From assembly GCA_013265495.1 (NCBI GenBank), contig MU058636.1, forward strand, positions 8,515,425 through 8,579,424: DNA of 64,000 bases. Direction: 5' to 3'. Source of the stretch: Vicugna vicugna. Lineage: Eukaryota. Position numbers and translations under genes: made by a program. Positions 42,740 through 56,000 of this stretch are shown here, in pieces. Every line of letters starts with the position of its first letter. The stretch's first letter is position 1. The notes below the pieces were generated by a model. That model saw nothing but the letters and a program-made list of their open reading frames with translations, had not been told where the DNA came from and did no database searches.

Positions 42740-43310
42740 GAACTTGCTACTGAGGTACGGCATACCTAATATGGTAAATGCGTAAATATCACTGTACAGC
42801 TTGATATCTTTTTAAAATGTAAATACACCTGCGTGACATGACACAGATAAAAATCTAGAAGAGGATCTGCTCCCCAGGAACCTCCCTCTTGTCACCTCCC
42901 AGTCATTACACGTTGTAGTCACCAATCTAAACTGCTATCACCACAGATAACCTGCACGTACTTTTTGACTTTATATAAATGAATCATAAAGCACACACTT
43001 TTTATGTCTATCTTTTTCTGTTCCAAACTAACTCATATGGTTAGTAGTATTCGTTTTTGTTACTTCTATTCTGCATAATATTTTGATTTATAAATATGGC
43101 ACAATTTATCATTCTATTTTTGACGACACATGTGTGGTTTCCATCTGTGACTATTAAGAATATTGCTCCTATGCACATTTTTGTCCATGTCTGTTGGCCC
43201 GGTATCTAGGAATGGCATTTCTGGGTTAAAGAGTTTTCTTAAGCAGTGATACCAATCTTTATGGCCACCACAAATTATACGTGGTATTTCAGTTACTTGT
43301 CAGTCTTTCT
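42740..43310 (-). mobile_element. Old L1 (L1MC/ME-like) 3' fragment
   Basis: Contains actttatataaatgaatcata, tattgctcctatgcacatttttgtccatgtc and tatctaggaatggcatttctgggt. Confidence 0.65.
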
Positions 43311-46300
43311 AGCCACCTATTTATTAAGGCCATTCATTATGTCAAGCAACCATTTTGAACTGCTTTATTTATTATTTATTATGAGAAATGGATGTTGAGC
43401 TTGACTAAGGCCTTTTATACTTCATAATCACATAATTTTTCTCCTTAGTCCTAAAATTATGGTGCATGCACACGTACACACGTACACACACACACACACA
43501 GTAGAATACTATGCAAATGATTTTAGCATACGAATTTAGTAAATTCCCTAAGGAGAGTATGAATAAAGCACAAGGGAAATTAATCTAGAGACAAGATTAT
43601 TTTTACTAGGTAGAATCAGAAAAGGATTTTAGGAGGAATTCATACTTAAGACTGTTGGAACAAGCAACGTAGGAAATTTACAGGAAAATGACAGCAACAA
43701 GAAGAAAATAAGGAAGATGAAGTCATAGAAAATAATTTAGAATATGGGATAAGTCATATAGAGATAAATAAATGTCAAGTGCCTTCATGCAGATGAGGGC
43801 AAGACTAGGGAAGGTTCTGAATAGCATTATTTTATAAACATTAGTGGAGTCATAGAAGAGTTGAACCAGAAGGGTAGTGGGATAATTCCGAAGTATTAAC
43901 GTTACTCTAGCATATTTTGATTAATGAATTTGAAAGTAGACTGGTTGGAGGCAGAGAAAGGAGCCTGGTAACGATTGCTATGTGAACAATGGAAAAGGAA
44001 AGGCCGTGATTATGAGCTGTCAAGCAGGTGAGGTAGGGGTCTGGGAGGAGGGGAATAGAAGCATGGACTAAGACGTCAGAGAACAAGAGAGGTGCATCCA
44101 GATGCCCTGAGCTAGTTTCCAGTTCAGATTTCAGTTTCTTTAATATCTACTTTTCTGGGAGGGAAAGCTGGACGTAAACAGAAGTAAACAGTTCAAAGTT
44201 CCATTACAGAATGGCAATGTTCTAATGACACATTTGCAAAATCTAGCACTGACATGGGGGCTTCTAGAGAAGTTCTAAATCCAAGAAGGGCCCACCTTCT
44301 CCTCTCTTCTGCCCTTTAGCTGGATCTAAATGAAAGCTGATAAAAGGACACTTCTGACTTCTTGCGAAAATGAGAGAGCCCTCCCAAACTACCTCTTGCC
44401 TTGGAAGATGGTAGTACCACGGCCAAGAAGAGGACAGCAAAGAACTGTGACTGAGAGACTCCTATTGGCTCAGTGGCTGCAGCTGAGACATTTACCAAGT
44501 TGATTATCAGCGTGACTATCTACTCAATACTCAGAAATTTAAAGAAGTCTAACACAGAAGGCATCTGAGCTCAGAAACATCTAGAATAATCCAGAAAATG
44601 GACTTGCTCCCTCTTCTTCATTCTTCGTTCACCAGCCTATTTTCTGTCTCCATCCTTTTCTTTGTTTTATTCGGTATCTTCAATATACAACTGTCTCTCT
44701 TTCCTTTTATGGTTCCAATTTTATAAGTGAAGATCATATTTTTCTAACATTAAATAAATAGGTCACTGTAAGTACTCGGTAGCTATTACTTAAAACTGGT
44801 TTTGATTGAGACTTTTTTTTCCAAGTTTTTCAAATTTACCATTCAGAATATTGAAGGATAGATATGAAAATCAGGAGCATAATGCTGAAGATAAAAAAAA
44901 ATCACACTCTGCTTGACTTAGCTTAGCTGACGTAAGCTCTATAGACATGAAAGCATTACACCCAAGCAAACATACATGCATTGAGATATATACTCACATT
45001 ACTCATAAACAACACACTCACGCATCAAAAAAATTTCAGCTGATTGAATTATATAATTCACCCAGTAATCTACAACTAAGTAGAAGAAGCAGTTAAAAGA
45101 TGATCCTGAGACCAAATTCATGTCCCTGTTTCTTACATTGCATAACTGGAAGTTCACTCTTTTTCCTCTGTCTAAGCTTTATGAATGCATATTTGTTCAA
45201 TGACTTTTTCTCAACCTTGCCATAACATTAGTTACACTATTAACTGAATCTTTTTCATGTCACATAGCATTAAGGATGATTGACATATGCATAAACTGAT
45301 TAACTCACATTAATTAGTTTAACTGGTTACTCTTAACTCAGACATGGATAGCTTTTCTCAAATTTATCCCCAAATGCTTTATCATGAAGTGACTCAACAC
45401 CAGTGTGAGGCATAAACTGTAAAATCTAGAGTGTGACATTTTATCCAAATATAGAAATGTCTCTTTGTCATGAACACATGCATTTTTTGAACTATTAATG
45501 CTGAAGTATACATTTCTAGGAGAGAAATTCATCCTGGAGTGACATTCATCCAATTTAAGAGTATTCATTTCCTTAAGTTCAGCATTTGTTAAAGTAGGTT
45601 GCATAAATTGATTAAAAGAAATGTACTTATATAATATTATTTGGTGTATCCTAAATTATTAAGACTAAATAGGTCCGTATTCTGATCTGTACTCTTAATT
45701 AGTTATATTGTGAAAGTCTCCTAAGAGCTGTCCTACTGTCATATGAAAGAGGCTATCCCCATAACATGAAATGGCTGTGACCTTAAAACCTTATTCATAC
45801 TACAGTTGATAGCACAATAATTGAAAATTTATGAGAATTTTTTTCCAAATGCTTCAACAAAAATGTGTTGAATTCTTTAGTTTCATCTTGCTTTTCACTT
45901 CAGCATTTTTTATCTAATGAATTAAAACTTCATTTCTTAAAACTCAGGACTACAAATATATTCACCCATGAACTTACACAAAAATCCAGCGGTTGTCATA
46001 TGAATGAATGAAGAGACAGATGGATGAATGAATGAATAGTTAAGTAACAATCTTATCTAAACAAAGTCAACTTTACTTTTTTTTAGGCCCAAACTGTTTT
46101 CTGGAAAGACTCAACAGAATTCAAAAATATTACTTGAGCAGAAAAAGGAATTCCCTCTTGGTCCCAGCATAGAGCTAATAATTTACCAGTATGTTCACAG
46201 CCCATCTTTTAGAGGAAACACTCTTGTGCCTTCTACTGCTTCTGAGTGGCTAAGATTTTAAAGATGCTAATAGTCTGACATCTATGAAAACTTAATCCAG

Positions 46301-46371
46301 AAAATAATTATAAAAAGCAGCTCAAAAGGGATCAGTTACCATACATACATATGGGTACATATGGCTCTAAA

Positions 46372-46858
46372 TCAGGGCTTCTTAAATATTCGTGTGCCAC
46401 TAACTCTCTCGGGTCTCCAGAGCAGTCTGTGGATGCTTATTCAGAAAGAATATTTCTAAACATTAGTGCACAGTATTATGCCAGAAAAAAAGTATTTAAC
46501 TATAGATTTGAAATATATTTAAAAACAAGTATGTGATGTGGTAACATATATGCTCTATTAATGCATTAAATGAAACACTTTATTTGCAGGTAATTAGACT
46601 AATTTTGAAGTCAGGATCAGCATACAAATATATCAAATATACAGTAAAATTGTGATCTGATAGGAAGATATCTATAATTTTGGCTACTGACAAAGACACA
46701 GAAACTGTTTTCAAAGCTAATATTTTGGCCTATGTCCATAATTGAAGGAAAGTATATATTCTGTTTAGAAGTTAGTAAAAATATAGATGTAATTTTTCCA
46801 TCCTAGTTCACAGATATCCTTGAATTTTCTCCATTGCATCCCTAAGTTAAGGAACTCT
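46372..46858. mobile_element. hAT-Charlie element (MER119-like)
   Basis: Inverted-type termini cagggcttcttaa and gttaaggaactct; internal gtgccact...gcagtctgtggatgc...tcagaaagaatatttctaa. Confidence 0.6.
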
Positions 46859-48489
46859 TCAAGGCTGATTAAGCTGGATTCAGAAAACTCAAATGAGAAT
46901 TTTAACTAAAAAACACTAACTAGAGAGTGGTTTTCTAGGAGAGGCAATTAGAGAATTAGAAAGACTTTTTGGAAAGGAAAGAAAGAAAGCATTATTTCTG
47001 AAATAAAAAAGATATTCATCTTAATTCAAAGACAGAGTGTTGTATGATTATAAATGTCTTTGAATATCAAGCAGAACAAATAGATCACAAGACAGACACA
47101 GACACACACATGCACGGACACACACACACGGACACACACACATTCACATACACGGACACACATGGGCATTAACTTCAGGAGGGAGAATTCTGGAATTTTA
47201 GGGAAAGATCTAGAAGACTTAACATGTAAATAAGTGATATTTTAGGCGACAATAAAGAGCAATGAAGAAAATGCATATCAAAAAAATGAGGCATAAACAG
47301 CAAAGGAAATTTTGCTGTTCTAAGGAAATTTAGGTCTGTAGACTGAGAGGTTTCATCAGGTCTTTTGCTAAAAAAATGAAAACAATGGTATAGAATAGAC
47401 ACATCCTGCGGATAGCCCCTACTCCCAAGGTTTTATAAAAGAGGAATAATGTAAAGTCATCAGATACACAGTATAAGTGGGTACCAATGGAAATGCAACT
47501 ACCATCAAATTTCTCATCTTCACTTATCAAAATCTGCAAGACAGTGTAACTGCATCTACAAATAATTTTTAACAAAAAATGTGACTGAAGAATTCTATAC
47601 CCAGGCAAGTTCTCACTCTATTAGGATAAAAGAAAAATATCTGTGTCTTGGTTATCCTGGAATTCAGAAGGAACATCACACATATGCTTTATAGGAGCAG
47701 ATTTTCCAGAAGGTATTGTAACCAATATTAATGATATTCCCCTCCAGATGGGAAAAAGAAAAAAAGGCTGAGCCATGAATCTTGCAATATCTAGAGTTAA
47801 TTCAAATGCTTATTTGTATTGTGCTTGGAATTTAGTCATATGGTTGATAAATAAAGATACTTGAAGGAAAAGGAAAAAGAATATCCAATAATCATTTCAA
47901 AGTCAGTTATAAACTCTCTCCCTGTAACCTAGGAACTGGGGGGATAGGGTTTGAGATTAGAAAATAAAAAAACAAAATATCACTTTATTTTACTGAGTCT
48001 CTTAGAAGCAACATAGATCTTCCTTAATTCAGCTCATATGTATGTGAGCCTCTGTCTTTTAATTAGGGGCAACTGGCCTATTCATATTAATGTGATAATA
48101 AATAGTATTAGTTTTGGTTTCCATATTATTTTATACTTATTGTTTATCTTGGATTTAGCTCTCTCCTTTACTTTTGTATTTTTTTTAATTTAGGTATAGT
48201 CTGTTCACAATGTTGTGTCAATTTCTTACTTTTGAATTTTAAATAAGCAATAAATAACCCAAACCTTAGGAGTTAACAAAGTAAGAAATTCCATTCTAAA
48301 AAACCCAAGGATCAAAAAGAAAATGAAAATGAAGTTAAAAATTCTCTGGAAAGGAGACCACCAGAATAAGTATTAGCAAATCCAACTGTGTATGAAAATA
48401 ATAAAATATAGTGTAAAAATAGGGCTTATTTCAGAACTGTAAGTCCTTTTATTATACTTTTCACTATAATTCATTACAATGAATTATTT

Positions 48490-48880
48490 TTCACAGACAC
48501 CGGAGTCAGATTGCCTGGATTTACTGCAAGTTTTTACTTTACACTCCCTGTGTGGCCTTGGTCAAATTATTGAATCTCTCTGTGCTTCACTTTCCTCATC
48601 TGTGAAATGGGCCAATAAAAGTACCTACCTGTGGCACTGTTATGAGAGTCACATGGGTTTATGTAGTAGAGCACTTAGAGCAGGGCATGGCCCTTAGTGG
48701 GAGCTTGATACATGTTTACCTGATTGTAACTGTCTGTCTCTGCATTGGAATGTAAGCTCTGTGAGGGCAGGGACTGCACTGGTTTTGTTCACCAACTTGA
48801 GCCTAGCTCTAATGCTGGCATATGAATAATAAATAATGCTACATGAGCCAACAAACAGTTATTAAAGGAGTGAATGCATC
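48490..48880 (+). mobile_element. MIR followed by L2 3' end
   Basis: MIR: tgtggccttggtcaaattattgaatctctctgtgcttcactttcctcatctgtgaaatggg. L2: tggaatgtaagctctgtgagggcagggact. Confidence 0.75.
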
Positions 48881-50429
48881 TATGAGTGGTGCAGTGAAGT
48901 GTTTCCGAAACTTTCAGGTATTTTTTATCAAATGTGATGCTACCACACATGAACAGGTGTTGGATCAATTCCATCACCATTCCTATGATGAAGTCTATTT
49001 ACCAAAAATCAACAGCAAAGCTCATAATAAGGACTGAAAGGTTTTCCTATTAAAATTAGAAATAAGACTACAATATTCATTCTCACCATTATCAGTCACT
49101 CTTACTTTGGATTTCCTACCTAATGCAAAAGATTAGAAAAATAAAATATTAGTAAAAAAATATTAAGAAACAACACGAAATTATCTCTATTTGGCACAGC
49201 CTTGCTGGAAAGTATCTGGCACTTACATAAATTCAGAGAACCATAGTCTTACTTCCAGGAACTTTTCGTACAGAAAACCAGCCACCGTGAGACTATTACT
49301 TTGTATTTATAGTTCAGCATTATCTATTATGATAGAAATTTGGGTATCACCTGAAAGCTTCTCCTAAGGGAAAGGTTGACGTAACCGTGGTATTTCCCTA
49401 CATAAAACGCTATGATGCTGTTGAATATCTGAACTTGAATGAATGCTGTATGTGTCAATCCGGAGCGCTGGCGCTGAGTTTCATTTTGTCCTTTTTGAGA
49501 GTTCTAGCACAGTCGGTCACAGAAAGGCTCCTCGTTTTAGGTTCTTTAAGCATTAGTTGAGAATCTGCTCTATATCAGAGACTGTCCTTGGAATCACCTA
49601 ATTATATCTGAACTACTTTATCTGATGAACAAAGACCTGTAGAATCAAGCCCATGCCTGTATTGCAATCTACTTTATAGTCCACCCCGACATACAGCCCG
49701 CGGCCCGATCATTTCAGCATCGCATTTCCATTCATGGTCTTCTTGTTGGCTTCTGCCTCTTCCCTCCCACTCACCCAAGTCGACCAGACATTCAGGACCC
49801 ACCTCAACCTTATTATTTCTCTGCTGCCTTTTAGTGAAACGGAACTGTCATAAACCTGGCACTTTTTTCTGGCAGAGGAAAGGGAAGGATATTATTATGT
49901 GTATTTCACCAGAAGAGATAAATATCCATTTTTTAAAAATTAAGTTATAAAAAAATAAAAAGAGGAGTTTCTGAGAAAAGTGAGGGAGTGCAAATTGTAC
50001 AATTTATGATTCTCTTACCTTCTTTAAATGTGCTCATACGAACTACTTATAACTTTACCCAAACTTTGGTTTGTGATCCATCCAGTATAAATACAAGTAA
50101 TGTAATATCAATAACTCTTTTTACTTTGTTAAAGTTAACATTGATCTTAAATTGTGTTGGCTATATATTTTATCGTGAGTCGATTTCAAGTCTACTCTGA
50201 ATTAAAAATATCAGCAAATAGATACAGTGCGTATTGATTTGAAGACGTGTAGGAGGCACATAGTAAACATAATTCTATGATAACATGGATGACTGATCTC
50301 TTTGACAATTATGATACACACTTGAGCCCAGTAAATGAGAATCTGGCAAAACATCATTTTGACTCATTGACACCGTTAGGACCAGTGTGCTTGGAGTCCC
50401 ATTACAGTGACATAAGCAGTAACTAACAG

Positions 50430-50930
50430 GTGTGAAGCACTCACTGTGTGCCATGCCCTGTGTGCTAGGACCTTTCCATTTCTCATCTTAGTCAATCTTC
50501 AAAACCACTTTTGGAAGTACGTATTATTGTAATCCTCTTTGGACAAATGAGAACACTCCTTACAGAAGTTCAATAGCTTACCCGTGGTCACGCAGAAATC
50601 TATGCAGCTTGATACCAGAGTCTAAATTCTTAATCAACAGACTATATGTCTTGCAGGTACAGCAGCTGTGAGATCCTGGAAATAGCTCAGGCATCAAGTG
50701 TAGGCATTAAATCCTGCCTCCACCATTTTCGGTTGCGTGAAAATGACAAAACCAGTTAATTTCTCTGCATTTCCGTGTTTCCATTTTGAAATGTGGACAT
50801 TTATTCAAGATATTTCTTCTCCTCGTGGAGTAAGAATGGGAGAAATATATATCCAAGGCTTCTCGAAGTTAATACTCACAGGGCTGCAGTGAAGATTAAA
50901 TGTGAAAGCACATTGTAATCTATAAATCAC
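50430..50930. mobile_element. Two adjacent MIR fragments in opposite orientation
   Basis: Minus MIR at about 50430-50640 (agcactcactgtgtgcca...acaaatgagaacact). Plus MIR at about 50690-50930 (aaatcctgcctccacca...gtgaagattaaatg). Confidence 0.55.
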
Positions 50931-51311
50931 TAAATAACAGGAAGGGACTAGTATTATGTGACAAGCCCGAGATTGTTAGGAGAAAGAGTAGAAAACTGTC
51001 TTACTCAGTTTTGCTGGATTGATCTGCTTCTTCTCACATAAACACAGTCCAAATTATTGTGCTTGATTCATCGGAAAGGTAGAACAATAATTTCCTGGCC
51101 AGCCAGTCCCGTGAGTGTAGAGGTCAAAGCTGGGAGCGTGTACTTTTCATTACTGAACATTTACACTGTGTATCTCCTAAAACAGCATGGGCTCTTTGTT
51201 GTGTTCTGCTATAGGCACGCTGTAATAACTATAATGTCATTTGCATCCTGGATAAAGAACTGGAGAAATTTATTTCAACTCCTAAGGAGACATCGAACAA
51301 ATAGGAACTTT

Positions 51312-51767
51312 TTTTTACTGAGCATAGTTGATTTACAATTGTCATGTTAGTTTCTGGTGGACAGCAAAGTGATTCAGTTATAAAGGACATATATACATAC
51401 TCTTTTTCATATTCTTTTCCTTTATAGTTTATTACAAAATATTGAATGTAGCTCCCTGTGATATACAGTAGGACCTTGTTGCTTCTCTATTTTTATAAAT
51501 AGTAGTATGTACCTGCTAATCCCAAACTCCTAATTTATCCTTGCCCATTGCTCTGGAAACCATACATTTGTTTTTTATGTCTGTGAATCTGTTTCTGTTT
51601 CATAAATAAGTTCACTTGTTATATTTTAGATTCCATGTATAAGTGATATCATATGATATTTGTCTTTCTCTGTCTGACTTACTTCACTTAATATGATAAT
51701 CTCTAGGTCCATCCATGCTGCCACAAATGGCATTATTTCATTCCTTTTTATGGCTGAGTAGTATTTC

Positions 51768-51808
<41 letters not shown>

Positions 51809-52089
51809 ACTATATCTTCTTTATCCAGTCATCTGTCCGTGGACATTTAGGTTGCTTCCACATCCTGGCTATTGTAAATAATGCTGCTATGAACACTGGG
51901 GTGCACGTATCTTTTCAAATTAGAGTTTTCTCCAGATATCTACCCAGAGTGGGATTGCTGGATCATATGGTAACTCTATTTTTTGTTTTTTAGAGGAGCC
52001 TCCATACTGTTTTCCATAGTGGCCGCACCAATTTACATTCCCACCAACAGTGTAGGAGGGTGTCCTTTTCTCCACACCCTCTCCAGCAA
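51312..52089 (-). mobile_element. 5'-truncated L1 3' end with TSD
   Basis: Poly(T) start, then tgtctgacttacttcacttaatatgataatctctaggtccatccatg...cattcccaccaacagtgtaggaggg. TSD aacaaatag(g/c)aacttt at 51296-51311 and 52090-52105. Internal (TG)n at 51770-51806. Confidence 0.92.
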
Positions 52090-52419
52090 AACAAATAGCA
52101 ACTTTAAATCACCATCAGCTTTGGCTAGATTTAATCACTCAAATAACTAGAGGATTACTATCACTCACTTCCAGATCATTCAGTTCATAGACATCACTTT
52201 TATTTTTAAAACTCTCTCTTTTTATATCTGTTACATTGAAGGAGAATCTATTAAATGATATCTAAGTGAAATCTTTCTTCTTTGAAAATATAGCTCACAG
52301 GTCAAGTTTCTACTTAATTTTATAAGAATTACACATAAATTCTGATCAGAGATTCTAGTTGACGGTATTATGAGTGTCTCCTTTTTGAAAGCCACCAGTC
52401 TTTTGATTTCCATGACTTG

Positions 52420-52640
52420 GTAGCTTATGGGTTCAAATACAGGCTGTCCAAATGATGGTTTGTAGCTTTGGAAACATTATTTAACACTCCTTAAACTTCA
52501 ATTTTTCTCTTCTGTAAAATGGAGATTATTACAGTTTTTACCCACTAGGGTTCTTTTAAGGATGAAAAGTCATGATGAACATAAACGTGTGCTTTCCATA
52601 ATGTCTGATGACACAAAATATCGTGTGATTATTATAATTA
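52420..52640 (+). mobile_element. MIR SINE
   Basis: Contains tgggttcaaatac...tctgtaaaatggagattatt. Confidence 0.65.
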
Positions 52641-52849
52641 ACATCACCACTATCATCATCATTTTCTTTGGTCGCTCTTTCTCAGTCCCACTTCCTGGGG
52701 CCCCGTCACTGATTCATCCCTTGGCCACTGCTTCTTCAGGGATCAGACTTAAGTCGAGCGTTCTCCTCATTCTACATATATGAACTCCTGCATGTTAGCT
52801 GTTCTCATGTTAGTTATAGTCTGTCTGTGCCAACTTGTGTTCCTCCAGC

Positions 52850-54250
52850 CATTCAGTAATACTTTGAGGCACCAATTTTATGCCAATCTTCAGCATTTGG
52901 AGAATATAGCAGTAAACAAGACAGATAAAATCCCTGCCTTTACTCAAATTGCATTCTAGAAAGAGAGGAGAGGGTTTCAACACACAGCATGAATGAACAT
53001 TTGAATGAATACATCAGTGAGTGATGGAATGTCAAATGGTAATGGTTCTGGAGAAAAGCCCAGTAGAGTAAGAGGAAATAGTGTCAGAAGCAAAGAGAGA
53101 CTGCAGCCCTATATGCAGTCACAGGGAAGTCCTAGTGGTATGGTGGCATTTGAATAAAAGGCTGAAGAAACTTAAAGAACAAGCTAAGCTTCTATCTAAG
53201 GGCAGAGCATTCCTAGAAGAGGGAACAGCAAGTGCAAAGATCCTGAGGCATAAATTATGATTAAAGTATCTAGCCAATTTGATGGAAGTTGAGTTATTGA
53301 ACAGAAGAGCAGCAGGAGACAAGGTTAAAGGAAAGTGGCAGGTGAGGAGCAGACGAGGCATTTTAATCCATTTTAAGCACTCTGGCTTTTCCTTCCAGTG
53401 AGATGAAAAATCATTGGAGCATTTCAAGCAGAGAAGTGGCACTCTGACCATCTTTACAAGACTACACTGTGGTGAGAATGGACTAAGGGTAACTGAGGTG
53501 GAAGCAGGAAAAATGAATAATAATCAAGCAAAATTTTCAATAATCAAGGCAAGAGTTCTAGATGGCTGAAATAGGGGGCAGGGTATAGCTCAGTGGTGAG
53601 TGCCTGCTTAGCATGCACGAGGTCCTGGGTTCAATTCCCAGTACCTTCATTAAAAAATAGTCGTAGATGGCTGAAATAGGGGGCAGGGTATAGCTCAGTG
53701 GTGAGTGCCTGCTTAGCATGCACGAGGTCCTGGGTTCAATTCCCAGTACCTTCATTAAAAAATAGTCGTAGATGGCTGAAATAAATTGCAGTACAGAGTT
53801 TGAGAAGTGGTCCAATATTGGATATATTACGAAGGCAAAGGCAACAAATTTGCTAATGGACTAGATATTGGGTATGAGATATAATATCACAAAGAGAGAT
53901 CAATGATGACAAAAGATCCTGGCTTAGGCAGATGGAACTGTGATTTACCGACGACACCCTGGAAGAAGAGCTTTGGCAATAAATAAAGATTAAGATTTGT
54001 TTTTTGCATGTTAAGTCTGAGATGTTAGAAATCTGGAGACAGACATTTGAGAGTCATCTGCATAGAAACAGAATTTAAAGTCATAAGCTTAGGTGCCATG
54101 TCGCAAACGAGAAGTGAGTGGAGGTAGAAAAGAGAAGTCGGAAACTTGAGCCCCAGCATATTACATTTTAGAGGTTAAGAAGAGGAAGAATGACCTGCAA
54201 AGGATATTGAGAAATGCAAGAAGAGTGTGAAATCCTCGAATAGTAAGGTA
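52850..54250 (-). mobile_element. L2 LINE (interrupted by SINE tandem at 53559-53783)
   Basis: Contains agcagtaaacaagacagataaaatccctgcc...agagcattcctagaagagggaacagcaagtgcaaag...cattggagcatttcaagcag...atttgagagtcatctgcatag. Confidence 0.75.
53574..53768 (+). mobile_element. Two identical head-to-tail tRNA-Ala-derived SINEs (105-bp period)
   Basis: gggggcagggtatagctcagtggtgagtgcctgcttagcatgcacgaggtcctgggttcaattcccagtaccttcattaaaaaa occurs twice. It is separated and flanked by tagatggctgaaata. Confidence 0.92.
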
Positions 54251-55479
54251 CGTATTTGGGCAGGTTGGTAGCTATGGTGGTGGAAGCAAATGAATGTTCT
54301 CTAGTGATTGATTCTGTCTTCTTAGTAAATTAGGAGATAAAGGCATCACTTGAGAGAGAGGAGGGGAGAGGAGCTGCAGACTTGTTGGGTGTTTGAGGAA
54401 AAAGAGGAAAAAATGAACTCATCATCGAGGAAGGTGGGGGAGTATACGTACCCCGGAAATGTAGTAGGATCGCCAGACTCCACTAAGTATCCATTAGAAA
54501 TTAGTGATTAAACATTTGGAGTTAAAGTAATTGAAAGGGTTCTGTTTTTCTTAAGGCCCCTCTGGCTAGCCAGGTACATGCTATACCAGAAATGGGATTT
54601 TACCAGATAATATTACAAAGGGAGTAAAGGAAACTTGTCTGTAGAGAGGGGCACCAGGGATGGACTATCAAATTTTAATTAAGGAAGTGACATTATGAGG
54701 GTCAAGGACCCAAGAAAAGTTTGGCTTATGGGCACTAGGTAGAGTGAGCAGGAAAGAAACTGCAGCCTTGCAGGTTGTATCACTAATGAGAATAACATTT
54801 CTTGGTATGGCCAGGGGAGCAGGTGGTTGAGGTGAGGTGGTGTTAAAGATGACTGTCTGGGAAGGAAGGAAATAGGTTTAGAAAAGCCAGGGTAATTCTA
54901 GGACGAGCCATGTGTATCATCAGAGAAGTTGGACAAGACCTTGTTGAGCAGTGTGACCATGTCTGAGGCCAAAATCTTTAAGTGATGGGAATACGGTATA
55001 GCACAATTCAACTGGGGCGGAGGGGCTGGAATGAAAGAGAGAACAATGCTATGAAATAGCCACCGAGGAACCAAACCCAGTGGTGTGACTGAAGCTGCCA
55101 GAGAGACTCAGATTTCAGTTAGGAACGAAGGGGCTTCAAATAACCTTTTATAATTTTCCCCTTGAAACTCCTGCACATATTATGTAAGACATAGCCTAGA
55201 CAATTTATATTTTTGTTACTGTTAAAAATGTTCCCCTTTTACAAGTACCTACTACACATATTTGTTTGTACACTCATTTAAAATTTTAAACTCTAATTTG
55301 TTAGAGCTAGTGTTAGTAACATATAGGCCAACTTTGATTAGGGTCTAAAATGCCTTTGAGTTTTCTGGAATAATGTTTCATATCATGACTCGGATAAGCT
55401 TTCTAATTAATTATAATAATTTACAGATTACATTTTGGTTTAATGTCGACACATTATGTGAATATACTTTTTATCTCTT

Positions 55480-56000
55480 CGAGTCTTTATACTTTTTATT
55501 TTTACACTTTTTGTTATCCAAAACAGAGCCTCCAGTAGAGTAGTGTCTGGAGAAAAAATATTGAGAATCCTTGTTTTGTTATTGATACTAATAAAAATGT
55601 TTTTAATATTTCACTCTTCAGAATGATACAAGATTTAGATTTTTTAATAGATTCTCTTAATCAAGGAAAGTCTTTTGTCTGTTTCACTCCTGGTTTGCTT
55701 AGTTGGTTTTTTTTTCCTTATCATAGAAGGATAAAAATTTTATCAAAGGCTTTATTTTTTTGGCATCTAGTGAAGTAATCATTTATTGCCTTCTCCTTTA
55801 CCTGTTAAGGTAGTGAATTACATTAATAGGGTTTTCTAATAAACTGCTTGAGATTTTTGCATTTATATTTTTGTTGGGCCAGAATTTTCCTTTCTCACAC
55901 TATCCCCTCCTGATTTTTGATGCCAAGGCTGTATTAGTCTCATAAAGTTAGAAATGTCTGTGAAAGACTGGAATAATATGTTTCTTGAATGGTAGAATTC
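55480..56000 (-). mobile_element. Old L1 ORF2 fragment
   Basis: Contains atccttgttttgtt...ttttatcaaaggcttt...ggcatctagtgaagtaatcat...gtgaattacattaatag. Confidence 0.6.

Noticed and set aside
53574..53768. Tandem tRNA-Ala(AGC) genes, or a CRISPR-like repeat-spacer pattern
   Set aside because: The extra 5' G-rich leader, A tail, TSDs and a D-arm deletion mark these as SINEs. The 'spacers' are identical and the DNA is mammalian with no cas genes.
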